From assembly GCA_047150005.1 (NCBI GenBank), contig AP038806.1, positions 2,144,001-2,208,000 of the forward strand: a DNA stretch of 64,000 nt, in the 5' to 3' direction. A program made the position numbers and the translations under genes. The notes under the pieces are model-generated. The model did not search any database. It was not told where the DNA came from and worked only from the letters and a program-made list of their open reading frames with translations. This document shows, in pieces, positions 37,291 through 47,105 of the stretch. The stretch comes from Nitrospira sp. (GTDB lineage: Bacteria > Nitrospirota > Nitrospiria > Nitrospirales > Nitrospiraceae). How positions within the stretch are numbered: the stretch's first letter is position 1; each line of letters opens with the position of its first letter.

Positions 37291-39354
37291 ATGCCCCGTT
37301 CCCTTGCCTGGCGTGGATGGCCTGTTCACGCCGCCGTCATCTCAAGCCTCGTCTGTTTTGGAGGCCCTTCGTGGGCCCACGATCCCGATGCGCCGGATCT
37401 CGAAATCCCCGAAGTCTCGGTCATGGGAGATCGGTCGGTGGCCGCCTCCTCGCAGCAGTTTATTCCCGACAAGGAGTATCTCCTGCAGCCTCAGGGGCGG
37501 CCGGCCCAGGTGCTGAGGCTTATTCCCGGTTTCATCGCCGTGGAACATTCCGGCGGAGCGGGCAAGGCCGACCAATATTTCGTGCGCGGATTCGATGCCG
37601 ACCACGGCACCGACGTGGCGTTTTTTACCGACGGCATGCCGATCAACTTTCGCTCGCACGCTCATGGGCAAGGCTACGCGGATCTCAATTTCATCATCCC
37701 CGAGACGATCGAGGGAGTGGAGGCCACCAAGGGCGCCTATCTTCCTGAATACGGCGACTTCAATACGGCGGCAGTGATCAACTTTCGGACGCGCGAAGTC
37801 GTCAAGGAAGGAATCGTTCAGGCGGCAGGTGGTCAATTCGATACCCAACGGTACATTGTAATGTTCTCTCCGACAAAGGATAAGGTTCGCACGCTGTTTG
37901 CCGGAGAGGCCTACTACACGAACGGCCCGTTTCTCAACGACAATAGGTATTTCCGGGCCAACTTGCTCGGAAAAATGACGACGAATTTTTCCAACCGTGA
38001 TGAATTTGCGCTGACCGGCAGCTTTCAGAAAGCCCAATGGAACGCCTCAGGGGAAATTCCCCTGCGAGCCGTCAACGACGGCTCCCTCGACCGCTTCGGC
38101 GCCATCGATCCTTCCGAAGGGGGAAACACCACGCGGGCCACACTCCGTATGAATTATCACTATGACACGCCGTTCGACGGGACATTGTTCGCGAACGCCT
38201 ACGGACAGTACTACAAGTTCGATCTGTTCACGAACTTCACATTCTTTTTAAATGACCCGGTCAATGGGGACGGCATTCAGCAATCGGATCGACGGGGTCT
38301 CTATGGAGGCGATCTCGGATATAAACAGCGGGCGGAGCTGTTCGGCATTCCCAGCTTGGGTACGATCGGATTTCAAACCCGTGTCGATGACATCCATGCG
38401 ACATTGGGCACTCAAACGACCCGCGTGCCGACCGGTATTACAACGGACAGCGATATTGTCGAAGCCTCTTATGAGCCGTATGTCAAAGCCGAAATGCAAC
38501 CTGCATCCTGGATGAGATTGTCGGGTGGACTCCGTGCGCCGATCTTTACCTTTGATGTGAACAATCGCTGCAGCACCTGTGTGGAACAGCCGGCGGGGCG
38601 GAAGACGTCCAGTATGGTTTTGCCTAAGGCGAATCTTGTGCTGGGACCCTGGTTCAAGACGGAGTTCTTTGCGAACTACGGACAGGGCTATCACAGCAAC
38701 GATGCGCGGTCGGCCGTGGCGATCGATGCGGTGCCGCTGGCTCGCGCGCAGACCTATGAGGTCGGGCTCCGCGCTCAACCCTGGGGACCGGACGGACTGA
38801 TGCTGACCGCCTCGCTGTGGGCGATCGATCTCCAATCGGAACTGGTGTTTGTGGGTGACGAAGGTACAACGGAAAACCGCGGACCGACCCGCCGTCGAGG
38901 TGTCGAAGTAGCGGCACGGGGTCAGATTTGGGGTCCGCTCTATTTCAACGGACATGTTGCCTACACCAAGGCCGAGTTTACGAACGGCGACGCCATCCCC
39001 TTGGCGCCCGAATGGACGGCCTACGGGGCCTTGCTGTTGCAGTGGCCGGAAGGCTTGCGATCGCAACTGCAGGGGACCTACATGGGCGTGCGGCCGTTGA
39101 TTGAAGACCGCAGCGTGAAATCGCCCTCCTGGGTCGACTTCGATCTCTCCGAACGATATTTACTGCCGGTCAGACTTCCCCACGGCAAGCTGGAGGCGTT
39201 CCTATTCATCCAGAATCTTCTGGATACCAAATGGGAACAGGCCACGTTTTATTTTGAATCGCGGCTGCGCAACGAAGCGGCCGGCGTCAACGATATTCAC
39301 TTCGTGCCGGGCAATCCGCGGTTTTTCATGGGCGGCCTGGCCTGGTATTTCTAA
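37291..39354 (+). CDS. TonB-dependent receptor, probable nickel uptake
   Basis: HSGGAGKADQYFVRGFDADHGTD, HAHGQGYADLNF; C-terminal F; one base after the nikR stop. Confidence 0.9.
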   Translation: MPRSLAWRGWPVHAAVISSLVCFGGPSWAHDPDAPDLEIPEVSVMGDRSVAASSQQFIPDKEYLLQPQGRPAQVLRLIPGFIAVEHSGGAGKADQYFVRGFDADHGTDVAFFTDGMPINFRSHAHGQGYADLNFIIPETIEGVEATKGAYLPEYGDFNTAAVINFRTREVVKEGIVQAAGGQFDTQRYIVMFSPTKDKVRTLFAGEAYYTNGPFLNDNRYFRANLLGKMTTNFSNRDEFALTGSFQKAQWNASGEIPLRAVNDGSLDRFGAIDPSEGGNTTRATLRMNYHYDTPFDGTLFANAYGQYYKFDLFTNFTFFLNDPVNGDGIQQSDRRGLYGGDLGYKQRAELFGIPSLGTIGFQTRVDDIHATLGTQTTRVPTGITTDSDIVEASYEPYVKAEMQPASWMRLSGGLRAPIFTFDVNNRCSTCVEQPAGRKTSSMVLPKANLVLGPWFKTEFFANYGQGYHSNDARSAVAIDAVPLARAQTYEVGLRAQPWGPDGLMLTASLWAIDLQSELVFVGDEGTTENRGPTRRRGVEVAARGQIWGPLYFNGHVAYTKAEFTNGDAIPLAPEWTAYGALLLQWPEGLRSQLQGTYMGVRPLIEDRSVKSPSWVDFDLSERYLLPVRLPHGKLEAFLFIQNLLDTKWEQATFYFESRLRNEAAGVNDIHFVPGNPRFFMGGLAWYF

Positions 39355-39356
39355 GC

Positions 39357-39416
39357 TTTGTTGAATTGCAAGTTCCGTCTCTCAAGATTTAACATTCAAC
39401 ACTCATCATTCAACAT
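39357..39416. repeat. Heptamer (ATTCAAC-type) short repeat cluster
   Basis: TGTTGAAT...TTTAAC ATTCAAC ACTCATC ATTCAAC. Confidence 0.55.
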
Positions 39417-39420
39417 GGTC

Positions 39421-39990
39421 ATGCCCAAGATTCTTCCGCAGGCCTACTTCAATCGTCCGACCCTCACGGTCGCGCGGTCTCTCGTGGGGAAGTATCTGGT
39501 TCGGGAAGACGGCACGGGGACGCTGGCCGGCAAGATCGTCGAGGTGGAGGCGTATGTGGGACCCTCGGATAAGGCCTGCCATGCCTCGAAAGGCCGAACG
39601 GCCAGAACCGATGTCCTGTTTGGTTCGCCGGGCGTCTCATACGTGTATCTCATTTACGGCATGTACCATTGCCTCAATGTTGTGACGGAACGTCCGGACT
39701 TTCCCGCCGCCGTCCTGATCCGGGCAATTCAACTCAATGGCCAACTCATCGACGGACCTGGTCGGGTCTGTCGTGCCCTCGGCATCGACCGGACGTTGAA
39801 TCGGCTTGATATGACGATCGGCAAGCAGCTCTGGTTCGAGGAACGGGAAAAGAGAACGAGGAGGATACCCATCGGAACGTTTCCACGCATCGGCGTGGAT
39901 TACGCGGGCAGTTGGGCGAAAAAACCTTGGCGATTCCGCTTGCTGTCCGAGGAGCCGGCGTCGCCAGGCCGCCGCGCCTCCGGTATCTGA
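39421..39990 (+). CDS. mpg: DNA-3-methyladenine glycosylase (AAG/Mpg family)
   Basis: IVEVEAY.G..D.ACH, YVYLIYGMY.CLNVV, AVLIRA, GPG, RIGV. Confidence 0.93.
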   Translation: MPKILPQAYFNRPTLTVARSLVGKYLVREDGTGTLAGKIVEVEAYVGPSDKACHASKGRTARTDVLFGSPGVSYVYLIYGMYHCLNVVTERPDFPAAVLIRAIQLNGQLIDGPGRVCRALGIDRTLNRLDMTIGKQLWFEEREKRTRRIPIGTFPRIGVDYAGSWAKKPWRFRLLSEEPASPGRRASGI

Positions 39991-39996
39991 AGTAAT

Positions 39997-40037
39997 ATGA
40001 AGGGGGACGTTGCGTCGAACGCAACGTCCCCCTTCAT
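39997..40037. terminator. Bidirectional intrinsic terminator
   Basis: ATGAAGGGGGACGTTGCGT / ACGCAACGTCCCCCTTCAT perfect stem between convergent genes. Confidence 0.8.
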
Positions 40038-40061
40038 TTCATTCGAACATGCCTACCGGCG

Positions 40062-40430
40062 TTATTCGATCTTGCGGTCTCCGCTGATCTTCGTAGCAGA
40101 GGTCACCGGAGGAGCGATCTGGATCTGCGGGCCCTGGACCTTCGGCAATTGGCCGGCGCCCTGACCCGCTGTGATACGGTCATTGTCGATCTTCTTGAGG
40201 TCCTGCTTGACATGGCTGTCATCGAACCCGGCCGCCTTCGTCAGCGTCGATTGGCCGCGGGCATCCCCCTGACCCGGGTCATTAGCCGTCGGCTGGCCGG
40301 TGACTGGGCTTCCGCTGTTCTTCATCGGATAGCCCTCATGCTTGGGCAGCAATGCAGGATTGGCCGAAGCCATGGATAGGGCAAACAGCACACCGGAGGC
40401 TGTTGCAAGAATGCCGAATACGAGCTTCAT
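40062..40430 (-). CDS. Secreted hypothetical protein
   Basis: AGGAG RBS, signal peptide ending ASA, NPALLPKHEGYP. Confidence 0.7.
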   Translation of the reverse strand: MKLVFGILATASGVLFALSMASANPALLPKHEGYPMKNSGSPVTGQPTANDPGQGDARGQSTLTKAAGFDDSHVKQDLKKIDNDRITAGQGAGQLPKVQGPQIQIAPPVTSATKISGDRKIE

Positions 40431-40638
40431 ACCCCTTCTCCTTTGAATAATGGTGGGTGAAGGATTGCCATGCATAGGTTCGTGTTATGAGGCCTAATCT
40501 AGTGGCGGGATCATAGCCAGGGATACCGGCTTCTGTCAAGGATGAAAGCAGCCGCGACTGACCGGGAACGTGCCGGCTATGTATCTGAAGACACAAGAGT
40601 TTGAGCGGATATGGTCGGTCCGCGTCCAGCCCCCCCCC

Positions 40639-42459
40639 TTAGCGGCGGGGCGGTCGTCGGCCACGGCCTCGGTGGCGGAATGCCGGTCCTCGGCTGACCC
40701 CCGGAAGGCGGATCGTGACGGTGGTGCCCTCGCCGGGCGCACTGCCGATGGTAATCGACCCGCCGTGCTCCTCGACGATCTTTTTCACGGTGGCGAGGCC
40801 GAGGCCTGTGCCGGTTCGCTTGGTCGTGAAGAACGGCTCGAAGACCTTGTCGACGATCTCCGAAGGAATCGGTGCTCCGTCGTTCTTGATCAGAATGTGA
40901 TCTTCGATCCCGCGGCCGGCTCGATGCTGGCTGACGTGGATCGTGAGATGCCCGCCGGGCGTCATGGCTTCGCAGGCGTTCTTGAAGATGCTCAGGAACA
41001 CCTGTTGAAGCTTGGCTTCGTCGCCTCGGACCGGCGCCAAGACCGGGGCGTATTCCTTGGCCACGTGGATCCGGGTGACCTCCAAGTCGGTCGCGACGAC
41101 GGTCAGTGCGCTTTCGATGACTTCGGGAATGCGGACCAGCCGGCGGTTGAGCTCAAGCGGCTTAGCGAAGTCCAGAATTTCATTGAGGATCGCCTCGACG
41201 CGAATCAAATCGCGCATGGCGTTTTCCACCCGGGTTTGGGGATCGAAATCCAGAATGCCCTCTCCGGTCACTTCCTCCAATTGCGCGCGGATGGATCCGA
41301 GCGGCTCACGGATCTCAGTGGCGAGAAACGCGCTGAATTCTCCGATCGCGGCCTGGCGTTCCTGTTTGCGGATCGACGGTTCCAAGGGGGCAGCGATTGG
41401 TGAAGCGGAGATTCCCTCCGCTTCGGAGGTGCCCGCGTCGCTCTTGGCCGGAGCTGGCTGCGGGGACGGAGCCTGGAGCTGTTCCGCCAGTCTGAGAATG
41501 ACCGGTTCGAGCGTGCGCGCGTCCGTCGGTTGGTACCGTCCGGCTTCCCGCGACGCCAACGTCACCGTCCCTCCGACCTGGCCGCGCACGAAGAACGGGA
41601 GGACCAGTGAGGACTGGAAGCGGTCCTTGAACAGCTGCTTGTGGTCCAGAAAGCGGCCTTGGGTCGAAGCAAGATCGTGATCGACGCGGGGTTTGCGATG
41701 GCGGATCGCCCAGCCGGCCGCGGAGCTGTCCAGGGTCAGACGATGGCCCGGCTTGAGGTCTTTCTTGCCGTCCTTCTGCTCGCCCCGTACGTCGCCCGCC
41801 GAGCCGAGGACTTCGACGTTGCCTGCGATGGGGTCGTAGTGGCAGACCCAGGCGCGGTCAAAGGAGACGGTGTGGTTGGCGTCGGTCAGGACTGCCGTGA
41901 TTTTTTCCTGCAGCTCCGGCGTGACTTGCGAAACGGGGGCGACGAACATGTCGGCGGCGGATTGCGGCGCGGCGGCCGGTTCGTTCGAGACCAACGCGCG
42001 GCTGAGGACCACGTTCATGTTGAACAGCCCTTCGCGGTCCAACGCCTTGGTGACGTCGTCGCTGGCTTGGTCCATCAAGCCCTTTTCTTTTTTCGCGAAC
42101 GCCGCCCCTTCCTTTCGGCCGATGACGAGGAAGCCGTAGGTGCGGTTGCGGTACTTGAGCGGCACGCTTAGGAGCGACTTCGCACCCGGTGTGACCATGC
42201 GGACCCGCATCGTGCGGCCGCTGTCCTGATCGTGCGAGGACGACCCATCGACCAGCGCCGGAGCCGACAGCGTCCGGAGAATCGCGTGAACATCCCGGGA
42301 CGTGAAACCTCGCGCGGCATGACCGACCAACGGCCCTTGCTCCTGGTGGAAGACGGCGGCCAGCGCGGAATCCACCGGCAGTTCGTTCAATACGGACGTG
42401 AGGGTCCGTTGCAGGTGCGTTTCAGGTTGGGCCTTGCTCTGAGTCACCGTTGGTCGCAT
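40639..42459 (-). CDS. GAF-GAF histidine kinase-like protein lacking the phospho-accepting His
   Basis: Two GAF-like domains; H-box reads LATEIREPL; N, F and G2 boxes present. Confidence 0.85.
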   Translation of the reverse strand: MRPTVTQSKAQPETHLQRTLTSVLNELPVDSALAAVFHQEQGPLVGHAARGFTSRDVHAILRTLSAPALVDGSSSHDQDSGRTMRVRMVTPGAKSLLSVPLKYRNRTYGFLVIGRKEGAAFAKKEKGLMDQASDDVTKALDREGLFNMNVVLSRALVSNEPAAAPQSAADMFVAPVSQVTPELQEKITAVLTDANHTVSFDRAWVCHYDPIAGNVEVLGSAGDVRGEQKDGKKDLKPGHRLTLDSSAAGWAIRHRKPRVDHDLASTQGRFLDHKQLFKDRFQSSLVLPFFVRGQVGGTVTLASREAGRYQPTDARTLEPVILRLAEQLQAPSPQPAPAKSDAGTSEAEGISASPIAAPLEPSIRKQERQAAIGEFSAFLATEIREPLGSIRAQLEEVTGEGILDFDPQTRVENAMRDLIRVEAILNEILDFAKPLELNRRLVRIPEVIESALTVVATDLEVTRIHVAKEYAPVLAPVRGDEAKLQQVFLSIFKNACEAMTPGGHLTIHVSQHRAGRGIEDHILIKNDGAPIPSEIVDKVFEPFFTTKRTGTGLGLATVKKIVEEHGGSITIGSAPGEGTTVTIRLPGVSRGPAFRHRGRGRRPPRR

Positions 42460-42569
42460 GGTCTGGTTCGTTCAAAAAAGAGGGTGCATTCTAGCAATGC
42501 GTGCACGGCAATTCAATGACGAGACTGTTCGCGAGCGTCGGACTCTTGCCGTCCGCCAAGGCCGGGCGT

Positions 42570-42968
42570 TCATGGGTTGATGATCTTGGGCGGGCGCGGC
42601 TCCGAGCGACGCACCTCGATGCGGCGAGAGTCGGCGGTGAACAAGCTCAGGATGCTGGTGACGATGCTGATCACCAGCGCGCCGCCTACGGCAGACCAGA
42701 ATCCCGATACGGTGAAGCCCTTGACCAAATAGGCGGTCAATTCGAGCAGGAGGGCATTGACGACGACCAGAAAGAGGCCGAGCGACAGCACGATCAACGG
42801 CAGAGTCAGGAGTAAGAGGATCGGGCGGATCAACAGATTGAGAATCGTGAGTACCAGGACGGCGGCGATACCGGCCGCCAGGTCGCGCACCTCAATTCCC
42901 GGCACGGTCGCCACCGCGAGGAATACGGCGATGCCGGTAATGAAGATCCGAGCCACTGCCGTCTGCAT
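42570..42968 (-). CDS. 4-TM phage holin superfamily IV / YvlD-like membrane protein
   Basis: VPGI, LN..IRPIL.LLTLP....SLGLF..VVNA, GF.VSGFWSA. Confidence 0.85.
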   Translation of the reverse strand: MQTAVARIFITGIAVFLAVATVPGIEVRDLAAGIAAVLVLTILNLLIRPILLLLTLPLIVLSLGLFLVVVNALLLELTAYLVKGFTVSGFWSAVGGALVISIVTSILSLFTADSRRIEVRRSEPRPPKIINP

Positions 42969-43010
42969 CTCGCTCCTTCTGCTCCCTGCGTCTGACCCTA
43001 CTCTCCGTCG

Positions 43011-43352
43011 CTACTGAACCGGCACCGGAGCCGGTACGGCCGACGCGGCTGCTTTCTTCGCCGCCGAGAAATGGACTTCCGTCGCGACCAGGCCTTTCTT
43101 CTCCTTGACCGCGTCGATCACCACGCGGTCTCCCGCCACGGGTAACTCCGACGAGTTTGGATTGCCCTTTTCCTTGAAGTGCGTGTCCTTCGTCAGCTTG
43201 ACCGTCACAGTTCCGCCTTTTTGCGTTTTCACCTGAATGTGGTCTCGGTCGATTTCGGTCACGGTGCCAAGCACATGTTGGCCGGAACCGTGCGCAAAGG
43301 CGGTGGCGGAGCAGAACAGAACGAGTGTGGCCATGATCAAATATCGAACCAT
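43011..43352 (-). CDS. Small periplasmic OB-fold protein (DUF5666-like) with N-terminal His
   Basis: AFA-HGSGQHVLGTV, GDRVVI; AAAGGAG RBS. Confidence 0.65.
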   Translation of the reverse strand: MVRYLIMATLVLFCSATAFAHGSGQHVLGTVTEIDRDHIQVKTQKGGTVTVKLTKDTHFKEKGNPNSSELPVAGDRVVIDAVKEKKGLVATEVHFSAAKKAAASAVPAPVPVQ

Positions 43353-43389
43353 AAAGTACGTCGCTCCTTTACACATGAGGCACGATGAT

Positions 43390-44004
43390 TCAGTGGTGAT
43401 GGCCGTCGGAACCTCCGGCGGCATCGTCTCCTTCCAGGAATTTGTCGTTCGCGGCTTCCTCCTCCATCTCATGCGGGGTCTTCGGGTTGAGCCCCTTCAT
43501 CTCGTGGAGTTCCTCCGGAGTCAGATTGGGGAGGTGCCGGATGAAATGAACCAGTTTCCAACTGTCCAGGTCTTTCTCCGGCTCATCGCCGCCCCAGGCG
43601 GGCATGGCGGTGAACCGGATGCCGTTGTGGATCGCCCAGAACAACTCTCCGTCCGACATCGACTGCGTGTCGGTCTGGCGCAGATCGGGAGCCTTGGGAT
43701 AGACGTTTTTGCCGATCGGCGTTCGTCCGCTGCCGTCGTTGGCGTGGCAGATGGCGCAATGGTCGGCAAAGTGAGCCCGCGCGTCTTTCAACACAGCGGG
43801 AGTCAGCGGCACGGGATTCGGCGCGTTCCGCTGACTCAGGGGAATGGCGAGATGCCGAATCTGCCGCGCCATCAGAACCTCGAGAGGATGAGGTTCCGTC
43901 TTGGCGCTGAAGCCGGTCGCGAAGAGCTGATAGCTGCTCCATCCGACGATGCCTAACACCACGACCCCGATGGCGATGACAACTCCGATCACCTTCTTTT
44001 TCAT
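43390..44004 (-). CDS. Membrane-anchored monoheme cytochrome c
   Basis: CAICH, YPKAPDL, SDGELFW.I.NGIR.TAMPAW; His-rich C-terminus. Confidence 0.9.
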   Translation of the reverse strand: MKKKVIGVVIAIGVVVLGIVGWSSYQLFATGFSAKTEPHPLEVLMARQIRHLAIPLSQRNAPNPVPLTPAVLKDARAHFADHCAICHANDGSGRTPIGKNVYPKAPDLRQTDTQSMSDGELFWAIHNGIRFTAMPAWGGDEPEKDLDSWKLVHFIRHLPNLTPEELHEMKGLNPKTPHEMEEEAANDKFLEGDDAAGGSDGHHH

Positions 44005-44016
44005 GCTGGATTTACA

Positions 44017-44847
44017 CTATACAAATTCTGCCGGTTCATTGCCAGCGACCAGCGGTTTGCGGGGCGTCGTGAGGCGGCGGACCAGCAGAACGGTGAGCGG
44101 AAGAAACATCAGAACACCGGCAAGGCCGAGTGTTGTCTCTCCGATCCAGAACGTCACGGTCAGATTGAACAGCAGCACTCCATAATACAGGCCGACTCCC
44201 AATAAGATTCGAGTGGTCGTCGCCGTTCCATCCTGGGCGGGAAGCGGAGGCAGGCGGCGGTCCATCGGAAAATAGATGGCGAGAGACATCAGGCCCACGA
44301 CCATCCAACCGGCGTAATTCGACAGGGGGACGCCGAAGTGCACGCCGGCGTCCGTATAGTAATAAAGGTTGCCCAGGAACCAGCGGTCGCCGCGCAACGC
44401 GATGGGATCGATCACCATGTCGATCGCGGCGAACAGCAGCGCCGTCAGCACGAGCACCCCCCAACCGCTGCGGACGGCAAGATCGAATCGGAGGGGCTGC
44501 AGGCGGGAGGTCTGGTCCGTCCCGTTACGGGGCAACAGGAGACACAAGGCCGTGCAATAGGCCGCATAGAGCAGGAAGCTGAACGAGATCGAATCCATGA
44601 AGGGAATATTGGAGAGATACAATTCCTGGCCGACCGTGGAGCCGGTGTAAAAGTACCAGCCGAACGGAAGGCCCGTTCTGGTCGAAGAGAATTCGCAGAC
44701 GAAGGCGGTCAGCCAGCTGATCAGCCAGAAACGCCAGGTCCTCGACCAGCCGATTAATTGAACGGCGGCATAGAGAAATGCCGTCAGGAGGACAAACACG
44801 TAGGGTCGGAAAATAATCGTCTTGAGAAGTAGGGCGGGATAATCCAT
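44017..44847 (-). CDS. Carotenoid biosynthesis (CruF/DUF422-like) membrane protein
   Basis: E....TG.PFG.Y.Y, D..IDP, GVPLSNY.GW. Confidence 0.8.
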   Translation of the reverse strand: MDYPALLLKTIIFRPYVFVLLTAFLYAAVQLIGWSRTWRFWLISWLTAFVCEFSSTRTGLPFGWYFYTGSTVGQELYLSNIPFMDSISFSFLLYAAYCTALCLLLPRNGTDQTSRLQPLRFDLAVRSGWGVLVLTALLFAAIDMVIDPIALRGDRWFLGNLYYYTDAGVHFGVPLSNYAGWMVVGLMSLAIYFPMDRRLPPLPAQDGTATTTRILLGVGLYYGVLLFNLTVTFWIGETTLGLAGVLMFLPLTVLLVRRLTTPRKPLVAGNEPAEFV

Positions 44848-44858
44848 CGAATGTCTAC

Positions 44859-44929
44859 TGTTGAATGATGAATGTTGAATGATGAATGTTGAATCCGGTG
44901 CCGGTAACGTAACATTGAACATTCAACAT
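44859..44929. repeat. Heptamer tandem/inverted repeat cluster (TGTTGAA/TGATGAA)
   Basis: Five direct heptamers followed by reverse-complement copies. Confidence 0.75.
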
Positions 44930-44938
44930 GGGTCGTCA

Positions 44939-45922
44939 TTAGGCGTAGCCATGAGATCTAAACCATCGCACCGCTTTTTCCAACGCCACCTCCGGAGGCG
45001 TTTGAGGAAGGCCGAGTTCACGGATGGCCTTGCTGCAATCGTAGTGCATCTTGTACTTGGCCATCTTCACACCTTCAAGGGGAATGCGCGGGGTCCGGCC
45101 GGTCAGCGCAGCAATCCATTGGTTGCCGTAGGCCAGCGGAAGCACGGCAAGCCTCGGTAGCTTGATGGCGGGGGCTTTCACGCCTGTCAGCTTGCTCAGG
45201 ATCTCGAAGACTTCGCGGAGCATCAGATTCTTGTTGCCTAGAATATAGCGTTCGCCTTGCCGGCCCTTCTCCATGGCTAGCAGGTGGCCGGCCGCCACGT
45301 CGTCGACGTCGATCAGGTTCATGCCGGTTTCGATATAGGCGGGCATGTGTCCCTTCATGAAATCGACGATCACCTGCCCGGTGGGCGTCGGTTTGACGTC
45401 GCCGGCTCCCACCGGCGCGCTCGGATTCACGATCACCACGGGCAGTCCGTCCTTCGCCAGTTTCAGAACCTCTTGCTCGGCCAAGTACTTCGAGCGCTTG
45501 TAGTGTCCGGCCATCTGATCCAGGGATACGGGCGTCTCCTCCGTGCCGACCCCGCCCTCGGGCGGCAATCCGATGGCTCCGATCGTGCTGCAATAGACGG
45601 TGCGCTCGATGCCGACCGCGCGGGCCGCTTCCAGCATGTTTCTGGTGCCAGTCACGTTGATGTCGTAAAAAATGGACGGGTCTTTGGCCCAGAGGGCGTA
45701 GTGGGCCGCGATATGGTAGAGCTGTCGGCAGCCGGTCAGGGCTCGGCGCAGCGAGGCCTGATCCCTAAGATCGCCCGTGACGGATTCCACCGGCAACCCG
45801 TCGAAGTTCTGCCGATCCGACTCGGCGCGGACGAGCACGCGAATGCTCACGCCTGCGCGGACCAGCGCGCGCGCCACCGCGCCTCCGACGAACCCGCTGG
45901 CCCCTGTGACCAAGGCTTTCAT
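44939..45922 (-). CDS. hpnA: Hopanoid-associated NAD-dependent epimerase/dehydratase
   Basis: VTGASGFVG, HIAAHY.LW, YKRSK, KPTPTG, MPAY.ETG.N..DVDDVA.GH. Confidence 0.88.
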   Translation of the reverse strand: MKALVTGASGFVGGAVARALVRAGVSIRVLVRAESDRQNFDGLPVESVTGDLRDQASLRRALTGCRQLYHIAAHYALWAKDPSIFYDINVTGTRNMLEAARAVGIERTVYCSTIGAIGLPPEGGVGTEETPVSLDQMAGHYKRSKYLAEQEVLKLAKDGLPVVIVNPSAPVGAGDVKPTPTGQVIVDFMKGHMPAYIETGMNLIDVDDVAAGHLLAMEKGRQGERYILGNKNLMLREVFEILSKLTGVKAPAIKLPRLAVLPLAYGNQWIAALTGRTPRIPLEGVKMAKYKMHYDCSKAIRELGLPQTPPEVALEKAVRWFRSHGYA

Positions 45923-45926
45923 AGGA

Positions 45927-46030
45927 AGTGCTGACATAGGAAGTGCTGAGTGCTGGGTGTTGAGTGCTGAGTGAGGATGAAGAGGAGCCTTGTCTGAAAC
46001 TCAGCACTCATGGCTCAGCACTCAGGACTA
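45927..46030. repeat. Heptamer inverted repeat cluster (GTGCTGA / TCAGCAC)
   Basis: GTGCTGA-type array then ACTCAGC array around a spacer. Confidence 0.75.
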
Positions 46031-46918
46031 GTTCTTTCGGGAGGTGATGTATCGCGCGATCTCACGAAGTGGATCGGCGGGCGGGCCGAAGGAGGACAGG
46101 CGGGCGATCGCCCGGGCCACGCACTCGTCGGCGAACTGCTTCGCGCCGTCGATCCCGTAAAAGGTCGGATAGGTTTTCTTGCCGCGCTCGGCGTCCGTGT
46201 TCGGATTCTTGCCCAGCTCTTCCCTGGTGCCGGTGACGTTCAGTACGTCGTCGGCGACCTGAAACGCCAGCCCGATGTCCTCCGCATAACCGGTCATGTC
46301 GTCCAGTTGACGGTCTGTGGCGCCGGCTGCGATTGCGCCCATTCGCACGGCGGCACGGATCAACATGCCGGTTTTATGTTTGTGAATGTTCTGCAGCGTG
46401 GGCAGGTCGATATCCTGATTTTCGGCCTGGATGTCGAAGACTTGTCCACCGACCATGCCGGCGTGACCGGAGCCGAAGGCCAACTCCTGAATCAGGCGGA
46501 CTTGCCTAGTGGGATCGCAGCCTTTCATCAGATCGGGGCGGCTGCAAAGATCGAAGGCCATCGTGAGCAGCGCATCGCCGGCCAGGATCGCCATGGCTTC
46601 GCCGTACGCCTTGTGGTTAGTCGGTTTGCCGCGGCGAAAGTCGTCATTGTCCATCGACGGCAGGTCGTCATGGATCAGCGAGTAGGTATGAATGAATTCC
46701 AGGGAGCAGGCGACCGCCATCAAGCCGGGCGGGTTGCTTTCCACGGCCTCCGCCGCCGCAATCGCCAGGATCGGGCGGATCCGCTTGCCGCCCGCCATGA
46801 GGCTGTAACGCATGCTCTCGTGGAGCGTGGTAGGGGGCAGCGTTGCGGCCGGAGTCACCTGGTCGAGAAATCGATCGACTTCGATCCGTTTGTGTTCGAG
46901 ATAGTTCTTGATGTTCAT
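46028..46918 (-). CDS. ispA: Farnesyl/geranylgeranyl diphosphate synthase
   Basis: GGKRIRP, SLIHDDLP.MDNDD.RRGKPT, GGQ, KTG, FQ..DD.L. Confidence 0.93.
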   Translation of the reverse strand: MNIKNYLEHKRIEVDRFLDQVTPAATLPPTTLHESMRYSLMAGGKRIRPILAIAAAEAVESNPPGLMAVACSLEFIHTYSLIHDDLPSMDNDDFRRGKPTNHKAYGEAMAILAGDALLTMAFDLCSRPDLMKGCDPTRQVRLIQELAFGSGHAGMVGGQVFDIQAENQDIDLPTLQNIHKHKTGMLIRAAVRMGAIAAGATDRQLDDMTGYAEDIGLAFQVADDVLNVTGTREELGKNPNTDAERGKKTYPTFYGIDGAKQFADECVARAIARLSSFGPPADPLREIARYITSRKN

Positions 46919-47015
46919 GGAGATGAAATAGGTTCGTTGATGATGGATTGCGAATCCGGCGGAGAGTAACAAACGGCCCGAGTTCAGTCAAACGACAGCG
47001 CCATTCGGTCGTGGG

Positions 47016-47105
47016 TCAGTTTGCCATCCGAAGCACTGCAGTGTGCCATTCCCGCGGATGCGGGAATCTAGGCAAAGTCTGCTCCTCAGCATGGAGTCTT
47101 GATCG
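47016..47105. repeat. Palindromic repeat containing ATTCCC-N8-GGGAAT core, inverted copy of 48819-48899
   Basis: CATTCCCGCGGATGCGGGAATCTAGGCAAAGTCTGCTCCTCAGCA matches the reverse complement of the 48.8 kb copy. Confidence 0.8.

Noticed and set aside
40482..40510. Second NikR half-site GTGTTAT
   Set aside because: No matching second half-site at the 13-bp spacing.
42570..42968. Phage lysis cassette suggested by the holin-family gene
   Set aside because: This 4-TM family is commonly chromosomal; there is no endolysin or phage context.
44859..46030. CRISPR array
   Set aside because: Units are 7-nt tandem repeats with no unique 30-40 nt spacers, and no cas genes are present.
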